DNA of 64,000 nt. It comes from Macrostomum hystrix. Lineage: Eukaryota; Animalia; Platyhelminthes. Positions 33,421 through 45,153 of the stretch are shown here, piece by piece (within the stretch, counting starts at the first letter, position 1; each line of letters begins with the position of its first letter). The notes beneath the pieces were generated by a model. The model was not told the origin of the DNA, did no database searches, and saw nothing but the letters and a program-made list of their open reading frames with translations. The translations under genes and the position numbers were made by a program. The stretch is from positions 1 to 64,000 of the forward strand of contig CATNEN010000018.1 of the NCBI GenBank assembly GCA_950097015.1, in the 5' to 3' direction.

Positions 33421-34329
33421 AGGACAGAAGCAGACAGAAAGCAGTCAGCAAAAAAGCGGGAAAAGGTGAGAAAAAGCCATTAGTTTTGTTTGAGCACTCG
33501 ATATTTTTTGGACTTGCAGCCTCAGAAATTATGGGGGGGCAGGTCACCACCAAAAAGCAGACTGGATTCTGCTCACATCGAGTTGAGCATGGCCCTGTCT
33601 GAGCACAATTAATCAGAGAGGCTGTAACTAATGGGTCAGCCACCCCACTCCCATCCAGAGGCATTGTGCTGAGGGTTTTCCGAGCACAATGAGCAGTCAC
33701 AGCTTCTAAAACTGCGGCCTGGGCAAGAGACACTAACTGAGTTGGGCTGAGAATGAGTTATGTATTTTATGAGTTTGAGAACATTCAAAGCTATTGTTTA
33801 GAGAGCCGCCGCTTCCTACCAGAGACCCTGTGCTCAAGGGGCTTCTGAGCACACTCAGTGCATTCTGTGGCATAGAAGCCGTGTTGCAAGCCGAGAAAAT
33901 GCGGCAGAATTTTATTAGCAGACACCGAGTTGAGCACAGTTGAGTCACTGAACTGAAGCTGAGACAGAGGTAAACTGGCTGCTCATTGTATGGGGTGCAC
34001 TGGCTCTGAGCATGGTCCGCAGTCTCTGAACAATTCGCAGCCTCTCCTGACGGCCCTCCCCGCTCGGAGGCGAAGGCGCTGAGCCCGTGGCAGCAGCGGC
34101 CGCTCGCACGTTGCCTCGCAGACTCCAGCTCGGGCCTGCCTTCTTCGACATAATGGGCCTGTGCGACTCACCCACCTCCCTCCGCTGTGATGAGGCTGCA
34201 GCTGCACTGTTCACAGACTCCACTCCTCTGCTCTCTCTATTCTCTGCTTTGACTGCTCGATTTGAGAATGGTCTCACATTGGATAAGCCGTGCAGGTGCA
34301 TTTCCACCTCAATTTCAGATTGATAGATG

Positions 34330-34503
34330 AGGGGAGAAACAGACAAAGATGGGGGGAGATACAGACAGAGATGAGGGCAGAAACAGACAGAGGTGAGGGA
34401 GAAACAGACAGAGATGAGGGGAGAAACAGACAGAAATGAGGGGAGAAACAGACAGAGATGAGGGGAGAAACAGACAGAAATGAGGGGAGAAACAGACAGA
34501 GAT
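34330..34503 (+). repeat. Short GAGGGGAGAAACAGACAGA array
   Basis: Same unit family as 32514-33420. Confidence 0.9.
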
Positions 34504-34944
34504 GTGCTGAGAACTTCCGCAGCCGTCACAGCTTCTCAAGCTTTGGCCATAGCAACGGAAAACTTTGACCACTTTGAGTACAGTTGGAGAGTGCCTGCCT
34601 GCCCCCAGTCTGCTGCGCTTCTAATTAGGGTCTGGTGACCCCCAGTCCATGGACTGAACAGCTGACAGCAAACTTTGGAAGTCGCTGGCTGCACATCTAG
34701 CCCATCTAGACTGGGTGTCTTCTCCATCTGCTCAAATCAGGATGCCAAAAAAACTGTCTAAACCTCGCGGCAGTTGATGAAAGGTTAGTGAACCTAGTCA
34801 GCTTCACTTCACGGTGTCTCAAATTTGATCCCAAATCCCGTTTCTGAACGGCAAACAAAAGCCGGCTAATCCCGAAACTCCGATAGCTGAACAGCTAACA
34901 GATTCCGAATCAGAACTCGATCTTACAGCTGGGCGAGAAACCGA

Positions 34945-35300
34945 GTGCTGAACCCACAGTCCTGAACCCACAGTCCTGAACCCACAGTCCTGAAACCACA
35001 GTCTTGAAACCACAGTCCTGAACCCACAGTCCTGAACCCACAGTCCTGAACCCACTGTCCTGAACCCACAGTCCTGAACCCACAGTCCTGAACCCACAGA
35101 CCTGAACCCACAGTCCTGAACCCACAGTCCTGAACCCACAGTCCTGAACCCACTGTCCTGAACCCACAGTCCTGAACCCACAGTCCTGAACCCACAGACC
35201 TGAACCCACAGTCCTGAACCCACAGTCCTGAACCCACAGTCCTGAACCCACAGTCCTGAAACCACAGTCCTGAACCCACAGTCCTGAACCCACAGTCCTG
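34945..35300 (+). repeat. 14-bp tandem repeat (CTGAACCCACAGTC)
   Basis: Direct inspection. Confidence 0.93.
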
Positions 35301-36079
35301 AACCCTTCAGTTCAGTAAACTTTGCTTCTAACAAGAAAGCATTGATTTCACATTTTGTATGCAAAAAATCTTTAGCGAGCGAGCGCCAGCTACCAGAGTC
35401 TTCTGTGCTCAAGAGACAATTGAGCACACTGTGAGCAGTCGAGGCTTCCCACCCAAGCCTCCCCTGATGGTTGGACCCCTCTACAGGCCGAGCAATGCTT
35501 TCTGCATCTCACGCACGGAGACGCTGTGTTGCTACCCGATGAGAAGCTGAGCACAGTTGAGCAGTTGAGCACAATGCTAATAAGTGAGGCTGTATGCAGC
35601 AATGAACTGAACTCATTGAATTGAAGGCATTGGCCAGATTCTGCTCAGCATCGAGTTGAGCACAGCAATTCCTGAGCACAATAAATCAGAGGCTGTGGCA
35701 GGGCTGGCAGCCACCCCACACAGAGCCAGAGGCATTGTGCTGAGAACATTTGGAGCACAATGAGCAGGCTCAGTTTCTCAAACTGCGATACACACTGGCA
35801 GAGATGGGCCAAGAAGACGTTAGTTGAGTTTCAGAACAGTTTGAGACTACCTGCCTGCCTTAGTCCGCTCTGCTTCTGATAATTTTCACTGCTTGGCCAT
35901 TGTTAGTGGATTGTTTGGGTAAACTTGTGAGTTGGTCCCTGATCCTAAATTAAAGATCCCAAATATCATCAAGATGAACCTCTTGCTTGGGTGGGAATTC
36001 TACTGGGTGTGGTGGCCCCCAGTCCACGGACTGAACAGCTGTACACAGCCTTTGGAAGCGCAGAGTAATAGCTGCGGCT

Positions 36080-39000
36080 GTGCCACTGGCTGCACATCTG
36101 GCCCAACTGGGCTGAGTGTCTTTTCCATGCCACTGGCTGCACATCTGGCCCAACTGGGCTGAGTGTCTGTTCCATGCCACTGGCTGCACATCTGGCCCAA
36201 CTGGGCTGAGTGTCTTTTCCATGCCACTGGCTGCACATCTGGCCCAACTGGGCTGAGTGTCTTTTCCATGCCACTGGCTGCACATCTGGCCCAACTGGGC
36301 TGAGTGTCTGTTCCATGCCACTGGCTGCACATCTGGCCCAACTGGGCTGAGTGTCTTTTCCATGCCACTGGCTGCACATCTGGCCCAACTGGGCTGAGTG
36401 TCTTTTCCATGCCACTGGCTGCACATCTGGCCCAACTGGGCTGAGTGTCTGTTCCATGCCACTGGCTGCACATCTGGCCCAACTGGGCTGAGTGTCTGTT
36501 CCATGCCACTGGCTGCACATCTGGCCCAACTGGGCTGAGTGTCTGTTCCATGCCACTGGCTGCACATCTGGCCCAACTGGGCTGAGTGTCTTTTCCATGC
36601 CACTGGCTGCACATCTGGCCCAACTGGGCTGAGTGTCTTTTCCATGCCACTGGCTGCACATCTGGCCCAACTGGGCTGAGTGTCTGTTCCATGCCACTGG
36701 CTGCACATCTGGCCCAACTGGGCTGAGTGTCTGTTCCATGCCACTGGCTGCACATCTGGCCCAACTGGGCTGAGTGTCTGTTCCATGCCACTGGCTGCAC
36801 ATCTGGCCCAACTGGGCTGAGTGTCTTTTCCATGCCACTGGCTGCACATCTGGCCCAACTGGGCTGAGTGTCTGTTCCATGCCACTGGCTGCACATCTGG
36901 CCCAACTGGGCTGAGTGTCTGTTCCATGCCACTGGCTGCACATCTGGCCCAACTGGGCTGAGTGTCTTTTCCATGCCACTGGCTGCACATCTGGCCCAAC
37001 TGGGCTGAGTGTCTGTTCCATGCCACTGGCTGCACATCTGGCCCAACTGGGCTGAGTGTCTGTTCCATGCCACTGGCTGCACATCTGGCCCAACTGGGCT
37101 GAGTGTCTTTTCCATGCCACTGGCTGCACATCTGGCCCAACTGGGCTGAGTGTCTGTTCCATGCCACTGGCTGCACATCTGGCCCAACTGGGCTGAGTGT
37201 CTGTTCCATGCCACTGGCTGCACATCTGGCCCAACTGGGCTGAGTGTCTTTTCCATGCCACTGGCTGCACATCTGGCCCAACTGGGCTGAGTGTCTGTTC
37301 CATGCCACTGGCTGCACATCTGGCCCAACTGGGCTGAGTGTCTGTTCCATGCCACTGGCTGCACATCTGGCCCAACTGGGCTGAGTGTCTGTTCCATGCC
37401 ACTGGCTGCACATCTGGCCCAACTGGGCTGAGTGTCTGTTCCATGCCACTGGCTGCACATCTGGCCCAACTGGGCTGAGTGTCTTTTCCATGCCACTGGC
37501 TGCACATCTGGCCCAACTGGGCTGAGTGTCTGTTTCATGCCACTGGCTGCACATCTGGCCCAACTGGGCTGAGTGTCTGTTCCATGCCACTGGCTGCACA
37601 TCTGGCCCAACTGGGCTGAGTGTCTTTTCCATGCCACTGGCTGCACATCTGGCCCAACTGGGCTGAGTGTCTTTTCCATGCCACTGGCTGCACATCTGGC
37701 CCAACTGGGCTGAGTGTCTTTTCCATGCCACTGGCTGCACATCTGGCCCAACTGGGCTGAGTGTCTGTTCCATGCCACTGGCTGCACATCTGGCCCAACT
37801 GGGCTGAGTGTCTTTTCCATGCCACTGGCTGCACATCTGGCCCAACTGGGCTGAGTGTCTGTTCCATGCCACTGGCTGCACATCTGGCCCAACTGGGCTG
37901 AGTGTCTGTTCCATGCCACTGGCTGCACATCTGGCCCAACTGGGCTGAGTGTCTGTTCCATGCCACTGGCTGCACATCTGGCCCAACTGGGCTGAGTGTC
38001 TGTTCCATGCCACTGGCTGCACATCTGGCCCAACTGGGCTGAGTGTCTTTTCCATGCCACTGGCTGCACATCTGGCCCAACTGGGCTGAGTGTCTGTTCC
38101 ATGCCACTGGCTGCACATCTGGCCCAACTGGGCTGAGTGTCTGTTCCATGCCACTGGCTGCACATCTGGCCCAACTGGGCTGAGTGTCTTTTCCATGCCA
38201 CTGGCTGCACATCTGGCCCAACTGGGCTGAGTGTCTGTTCCATGCCACTGGCTGCACATCTGGCCCAACTGGGCTGAGTGTCTGTTCCATGCCACTGGCT
38301 GCACATCTGGCCCAACTGGGCTGAGTGTCTTTTCCATGCCACTGGCTGCACATCTGGCCCAACTGGGCTGAGTGTCTGTTCCATGCCACTGGCTGCACAT
38401 CTGGCCCAACTGGGCTGAGTGTCTTTTCCATGCCACTGGCTGCACATCTGGCCCAACTGGGCTGAGTGTCTTTTCCATGCCACTGGCTGCACATCTGGCC
38501 CAACTGGGCTGAGTGTCTGTTCCATGCCACTGGCTGCACATCTGGCCCAACTGGGCTGAGTGTCTTTTCCATGCCACTGGCTGCACATCTGGCCCAACTG
38601 GGCTGAGTGTCTGTTCCATGCCACTGGCTGCACATCTGGCCCAACTGGGCTGAGTGTCTGTTCCATGCCACTGGCTGCACATCTGGCCCAACTGGGCTGA
38701 GTGTCTGTTCCATGCCACTGGCTGCACATCTGGCCCAACTGGGCTGAGTGTCTGTTCCATGCCACTGGCTGCACATCTGGCCCAACTGGGCTGAGTGTCT
38801 TTTCCATGCCACTGGCTGCACATCTGGCCCAACTGGGCTGAGTGTCTGTTCCATGCCACTGGCTGCACATCTGGCCCAACTGGGCTGAGTGTCTGTTCCA
38901 TGCCACTGGCTGCACATCTGGCCCAACTGGGCTGAGTGTCTGTTCCATGCCACTGGCTGCACATCTGGCCCAACTGGGCTGAGTGTCTGTTCCATGCCAC

Positions 39001-39360
39001 TGGCTGCACATCTGGCCCAACTGGGCTGAGTGTCTTTTCCATGCCACTGGCTGCACATCTGGCCCAACTGGGCTGAGTGTCTTTTCCATGCCACTGGCTG
39101 CACATCTGGCCCAACTGGGCTGAGTGTCTTTTCCATGCCACTGGCTGCACATCTGGCCCAACTGGGCTGAGTGTCTGTTCCATGCCACTGGCTGCACATC
39201 TGGCCCAACTGGGCTGAGTGTCTGTTCCATGCCACTGGCTGCACATCTGGCCCAACTGGGCTGAGTGTCTGTTCCATGCCACTGGCTGCACATCTGGCCC
39301 AACTGGGCTGAGTGTCTGTTCCATGCCACTGGCTGCACATCTGGCCCAACTGGGCTGAGT
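36080..39360 (+). repeat. 47-bp minisatellite, ~70 near-identical units (CCATGCCACTGGCTGCACATCTGGCCCAACTGGGCTGAGTGTCT[G/T]TT)
   Basis: Period of 47 nt, giving 47-aa periodicity in the minus-strand ORFs. One G/T dimorphic site and one private variant near 37535. Confidence 0.97.
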
Positions 39361-39464
39361 TGATCCATCCGTTCAAATCAGGATGCCAATCGACTAACTG
39401 AACCTTTGGATAATGAAGTTTATAAAAAGATTCTGAACCAAACAGCTGATCAAAACCCACAATC

Positions 39465-39915
39465 CTAAATCCCAATTCTGAATCCACAATCCTGAATCCA
39501 CAAACCTAAATCCCAATTCTGAATCCACAATCCTGAATCCACAAACCTAAATCCCAATTCTGAATCCACAATCCTGAATCTACAATCCTAAATTCACAAT
39601 TCTGAATCCACAATCCTGAATCCACAATCCTGAATCCATATCCTGAATCCACAATCCTGAATCCATATCCTGAATCCATATCCTGAATCCATATCCTGAA
39701 TCCATATCCTGAATCCATATCCTGAATCCATATCCTGAATCCATATCCTGAATCCATATCCTGAATCCATATCCTGAATCCAAAATCCTAAATCCGCAGT
39801 CCTGAATCCACAGTCCTGAAACCACAGTCCTGAATCCATATCCTGAATCCATATCCTGAATCCATATCCTGAATCCATATCCTGAATCCACAGCCCTAAA
39901 TCCGCAGTCCTGAAT
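39465..39915 (+). repeat. 13/14-bp tandem repeat (CTGAATCCATATC / CTGAATCCACAATC)
   Basis: Direct inspection. Confidence 0.92.
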
Positions 39916-40849
39916 CCGCGAATTTCAAAACCTAACTCAAAGCCCCAACCAAAACATTTCAACTGCTCTCCTAACAGCTCCATTTCAACCAGTGAAGCAG
40001 TGCAAACTCATTCACCATGGCAACCATCTCACACTGAGTGCATCATATTTCTGGGATCGTGAGAGCTCTCAATCAGGCTTAGGATCTGTGCTCAAAGTGC
40101 CAGAGGAGTCAGAGCTGCTGCTGCGAAAATGTGTATTAAACTGGCTTCTAACAAGAAAGCATTTGGGCTATTCTCGCGCTCTGACCATAAAAAATGTTTA
40201 ACGAACGCGCCCTAGCTACCAGAGACTCTGTGCTCAAAGGACATATGAGCACACTGTGAGCAGTCGCGGCATCCCACCCCAGCCTCCCCTGATGCGGTGC
40301 ACTCGAGTGTCTGAGCAGGCTGAGCAGTGCTCTCCGCATATCAGGCAGGGAGAGGCTGTGTTGCTGCCCGATGAAAAGCTGCAGTCTGCTTCTTTAGCAG
40401 GCAGCGAGTTGAGCACAGTTTGTTACCTGAGCACAGTGGCAAAACATCAGGCTGCATACGGTAATGAGTCGCTAACAAAACTCAGTGAATTGAAGGCATT
40501 CGGCAGCACAACGAGCGGTCAGAGATATAGAAATAAAATATGTGCTCATCTATTCTCAATGCAGCCTCTGCCTTCCCCTACTCTCGTCTCCGGGCAGTCC
40601 ATTCCAGTCCCCGTGTTGGCCTCGGTTGCCAAGTGCCGACCTCCTCCCTCCAGCAGGTTTGAGCAGTTTTGCACTCGGTCTTAAGCTCTCTTCTGTTTTA
40701 AGCTGCTTTTAATGGCTCGACTTAACTTTTTTTATGCTTTTGAGATCAGTTTGATTGCTTGTAGACAGGTCCAGGTTGTAGCATGAGATCAGATTATATA
40801 GTACACCTTGGTACCAGAGCTTATGATATGGCAAAGTCTGTTTAGTCCC

Positions 40850-41790
40850 TCCTCTTCCCTCCTCTTCCCTCCTCTCCTCTCCTCTCCTCTCCTCTCCTCT
40901 CCTCTCCTCTCCTCTTCCCTCCTCTCCTCTTCCCTCCTCTTCCCTCCTCTCCTCTCCTCTTCCCTCATCTTCCCTCCTCTCCTCTCCTCTCCTCTCCTCT
41001 CCTCTCCTCTCCTCTTCCCTCCTCTCCTCTCTTCTGCTCCTCTCCTCTCCTCCTCTTCTCCTCTCCTCTTCTCCTCTTCTCTTCTCTCCTCTCCTTTTCT
41101 CCTCTCCTCCTCTTCTTTCCTCGCCTCCTCTTCTCTCCTCTCCTCTTCTCTTCTCCTCTCATCTGCTCTTCCCTCCTCTTCTTCTCTCCTCTCCTCTCCT
41201 TTTCCCCCTTCTCCTCGCCTCTTCCCTCCTCTTCCCTCCTCTCCTCTCCTCTTCCCTTTTCTCCTCTTCTCCTCTCCTCTCCTCTTCCCTCCTCTCATCT
41301 CCTCTTCCCTCCTCTTCCCTCCTCTCCTCTCCTCTTCCCTCCTCTCCTCTCTTCTCCTCCTCTCCTCCTCTTCTTCTCTACTCTTCTCCTCTCCTTTTCT
41401 CCTCTCCTCTCCTTTACTCCTCTCCTCCTCTCCTCTCCTCCTCTCCTCTCCTCTTCCCTCCTCTCCTCTCTTCTCCTCCTCTCCTCTCCTCCTCTTCTCC
41501 TCTCCTCTCCTCTCCTTTTCTCCTCTCCTCCTCTTCTCTCCTCTCCTCTCCTTTTCTCCTCTCCTCTTCTGTCCTCCCCTCTCCTCTCCTCCTCTTCTTC
41601 TCTCCTCCTCTCCTCTCCTCTTCTCTCCTCTCCTCTCCTTTTCTCCTCTCTTCTCCTCTCCTCTCCTCCTCTTCTTCTCTCCTCTTCTCCTCTCCTCTTC
41701 TCTCACCTCCCCCCTCTCCTCTCTTCTCCTCCTCTTCCCTCCTCTCCTCTCCTATTCTCTCCTCTTCCCTCCTCTCCTTTCTTCTCCTGC
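40850..41790 (+). repeat. Polypyrimidine tract, mainly (TCTCC)n, ending ...CTTCTCCTGCAG
   Basis: Paralogue of 1-1554 with a different dominant pentamer. Confidence 0.96.
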
Positions 41791-41924
41791 AGCTCAACAG
41801 CCAATAAGCCTCCAGTAAACAAGGCTTCTGGCTGGCTGCAACGGAATGCAAAGGCAAAGTGTCTGGCTACTAAACTTTCTACCACATTTGCCACTTTCCT
41901 AACCCACAAGCAGACACCTGCAAA

Positions 41925-43012
41925 ATGTTTCCCTTACTCACAATACTCACGGCTGTCCTCGTGTACCTCATGAACTCACTTCATTCCTCACACCACCGAG
42001 AAGACGCACAAGAACTCACCGACCAGGACCTGCTCGCAGCCATCAGAGACGACCGAGTGGAGCCCGTTCAGCGATTCATTAACAGCGGCTGGAGCCTCGA
42101 TACCTTCATCGCCTATGCTGACTCATTCTTTACTCCAGCAATGCTCGCTTGCCGATTCGGAAGACATGAAATTCTCGTGAGACTCATCCGAGCCATTGCA
42201 GATGTAGATAAGCAGAACTGGAGAGGGACGACAGCATTGTGGATGGCATCACAATATGGTCACCACCGACTGGTGAAATCACTCATCAAAGCACGAGCCG
42301 ACGTCAATCTTCAAAGAAATACTGGCTCCTCACCTCTCTACATTGCATCACAAAATGGCCATAAGGACGTCGTCCACTCACTCATCAAAGCACGAGCCGA
42401 CGTCAATCTTCAAGAGAAAGTCTATGGCCGCTCACCTCTCTACATTGCAACACAATATGGCCACAAGGACGTCGTCGACTCACTCATCAAAGCACGAGCC
42501 GACGTCAATCTTCAAGAGAAAGTCTATGGCCGCTCACCTATCTACATTGCATCACAATATGGCCATAAGGAGGTCGTCCACTCACTCATCAAAGCACGAG
42601 CCGACGTCAATCTTCAAACAAATACTGGCGAGTCACCTCTCTACATTGCATCACAGCAAGGCCATAAGGACGTCGTCAACTCACTCATCAAAGCACGAGC
42701 CGACGTCAATCTTCAAAGAAATACTGGCTTCTCACCTCTCAACATTGCATCACAATATGGCCATAAGGACGTCATCGGCTCACTCATCAAAGCACGAGCC
42801 GACGTCAATCTTCAAACAAATACTGGCTCCTCACCTCTCTACATTGCATCACAAAATGGCCACCTCAGTGTTGTTGAGTCACTCATGAAGGTCGTTGATA
42901 GCCCAGAATTGCTGGAAGCTGCTCTGCGAATCGCCACGGAAGTTGGCCATGACCCAGTGGTTGACCTGCTGAGCCCTGGATCATCCGCGCCTCTGCCTGA
43001 GAAGCAGAACAG
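41925..43012 (+). CDS. Ankyrin-repeat exon (predicted exon 1 of gene B); unspliced ORF ends at TAG 43014-43016 (363 aa)
   Basis: Paralogue of 1705-2993 with 6 rather than 8 internal modules. Phase-2 donor AACAG|GTAGGA. Confidence 0.92.
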
Positions 43013-43164
43013 GTAGGAGCTCCGGTTTCTCCTGTAAAAGTCACATGAGCAATGAGATAATTTGAGACTTCGGATTCTCTGAGTAATCAGACTCGAAATC
43101 TGATAGCTGAAGTTCGGAACTGATTGTGTGTCAGTTATTGTACATATAAAATATGATTTTGGAG

Positions 43165-43612
43165 AATTCACAGGTTTAGGATTTAAAAATACAGGTTTGG
43201 GATTCAATATTACAGGTTTGGGATTTAATGTTACAGGTTTGGGATTAAATATTACAGGTTTGAGGTTTAATATTACAGGTTTGAGATTTAATATTACAGG
43301 TTTGAGATTTAATATTACAGGTTTGAGATTTAATATTACAGGTTTGAGATTTAATATTACAGGATTGAGATTTAATATTACAGGTTTGGGATTTAATATA
43401 ACAGGTTTGGAATTCAATATTACAGGTTTGAGATTCAATATTACAGGTTTGAGATTGAATATTACAGGTTTGAGATTCAATATTACAGGTTTGAGATTGA
43501 ATATTACAGGTTTGGGATTAAATATTACAGGTTTGAGATTGAATATTACAGGTTTGAGATTTATATTATAGGTTTGAGATTTAATATTACAGGTTTGGGA
43601 TTCAATATTACA
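43165..43612 (+). repeat. 21-bp minisatellite, uninterrupted (empty site for E1)
   Basis: Same unit as 3481-3663 and 16120-16420. Confidence 0.95.
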
Positions 43613-43760
43613 GAAATAAAATATTGGATTTAGATTTCTTGAAATTGGCACATTCTGTCTGTTTAGTGTATTATTCGCAAAAAATCTGCCTACTAATTTT
43701 TTCAAAAGTGATACATCTTTCACATTCCTCGTTTCAACTATAGTTTTAGTTTCAATCCCA

Positions 43761-44112
43761 GTGAAACTCATCACTGCCGCCTCCTCTCACCCTTCAGAGC
43801 CTCCCAGCCTCACTGAAACTCAGCACTGCCGCCTCCTCTCACCCTTCAGAGCCTCCCAGACTCACTGAAACTCAGCACTGCCGCCTCCTCTCACCCTTCA
43901 GAGCCTCCCAGCCTCACTGAAACTCAGCACTGCCGCCTCCTCTCACCCTTCAGAGCCTCCCAGCCTCACTGAAACTCAGCACTGCCGCCTCCTCTCACCC
44001 TTCAGAGCCTCCCAGCCTCACTAAACCTCAGCACTGCCGCCTCCTCTCACCCTTCAGAGCCTCCCAGCCTCACTGAAACTCAGCACTGCCGCCTCCTCTC
44101 ACCCTTCAGAGC
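43761..44112 (+). repeat. 52-bp repeat, 7 units, each with a CCCTTCAG acceptor-like site
   Basis: CCCTTCAG ends at ~43797, 43849, 43901, 43953, 44005, 44057 and 44109. Confidence 0.93.
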
Positions 44113-44459
44113 CGCACCCAGCGACGCAGAGCTGAGCCAGCAGCTGCACTCCAAGCTCTCTCAGTCGGGATTCGTGGACTCCAGAGCCGCCTTGCAGATC
44201 GCTGTGGCTGACGTCTTGCAGGATGTTCTCACGAAGAGATGGAACAATGACGACTGGTTCGCTGTGGGCAGCTTCTCTGAGGCCTGGGGCAACAGCCTGG
44301 TCTCTCTGGATGGCAGAACTGACATTGACTCTGACATCGATGTTATTCGGCTGATTCCAGGAAGGCCGATTCACCCGAGAGATGTGTGCGAGTGCGACCG
44401 AGTGGAGGCTGCTCAGACAGTGGAGCTCAGCAATGGCCACATCCTGAGCTCCGGATTCG
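44110..44459 (+). CDS. Predicted exon 2 of gene B (Mab-21/cGAS-like NTase, GS and DxD motifs)
   Basis: 350 nt, the same length as in gene A. WFAVGSFSEAWG...SDIDV. Donor TTCG|GTGAGA. Confidence 0.8.
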
Positions 44460-45153
44460 GTGAGAATTTCCTGTCAGAGACTGTCGGGATGGCTGGGACA
44501 AGAATTGAACATGAGTTTGGCTTGCTCATCTTATTTGGCTTTCTAAAGCAAACAACAAACAAGGAAAGCAAACAAATGTTCAGTCCAGGTTTGAAATGCA
44601 GAGCCAGAGCAAGAAATTTCCCAGCAAAAATGTAAACCCTGATTTTTCTTTCGGCGCGCTTCCTCTGGGAACCAAACAGAGGCTTAGCGCTCCTCGCTCA
44701 GTGTACTTAGTGAATAATGATGCTATATTATGTATTCATGGTACATACTGATTTTTATAAGCCAAAATCTAATATCCTATATTCGCTATAAACTGTTAGT
44801 TAACTAGCAATGTAAGCCCATCTTCGGGGAGCCCAGACGATTCAATCAAGTTTCTCTCTGTTTCTTAGGCTCGCAATACTTTCACAGTCACAGGTGTGTA
44901 AAATTACAGTTTTTGAGGTGACCTCCCCAGTCCATGGACTGAACCGTTGTACACAGCTTTTGGAAGCGTCGTACAAACGCTGTGGCTGGGCCATTGCAAA
45001 TTTCGGTTATTTCTATTATATTATATTCTGTTGCCGCTTTTACAGAATTCGTTTTCTGTGATTCTGAAATTATGCCAATCAATGTCCATTGATTTTCAAC
45101 AATATTCCGAACAGCCAATTCTAACTAGCCATATAGTAGCTAGTTATCCAGTA

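Larger units (their letters stand above)
1..34290. other. Segmental duplication copy A (paralogous to ~40850-56290)
   Basis: Same order of unique and repeat blocks in both copies: CT tract, ANK exon, 21-bp array, 52-bp repeat, two Mab-21 exons, 22-bp satellite, 16-bp, 20/22-bp, 14-bp, 10-bp and GAGGGGAGAAAC arrays. Homology ends at ...ggtctcacattggataagc (~34288 and ~56288). Confidence 0.93.

Noticed and set aside
36080-39360. CRISPR-like appearance of the 47-bp array and the 22-bp satellite
   Set aside because: Units are contiguous with no unique spacers, there are no cas genes, and the context is eukaryotic.
35950-39487. Minus-strand ORFs of 1124, 1122, 650 and 515 aa
   Set aside because: The 47-bp unit simply lacks stop triplets on that strand, so all three frames are open and give the same cyclic peptide. 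There is no unique coding flank or domain.
40789-41857. Long Glu/Arg-rich and Leu/Ser-rich ORFs, and similar ORFs over 29168-33733 and 52516-57645
   Set aside because: These are translations of simple and minisatellite repeats.
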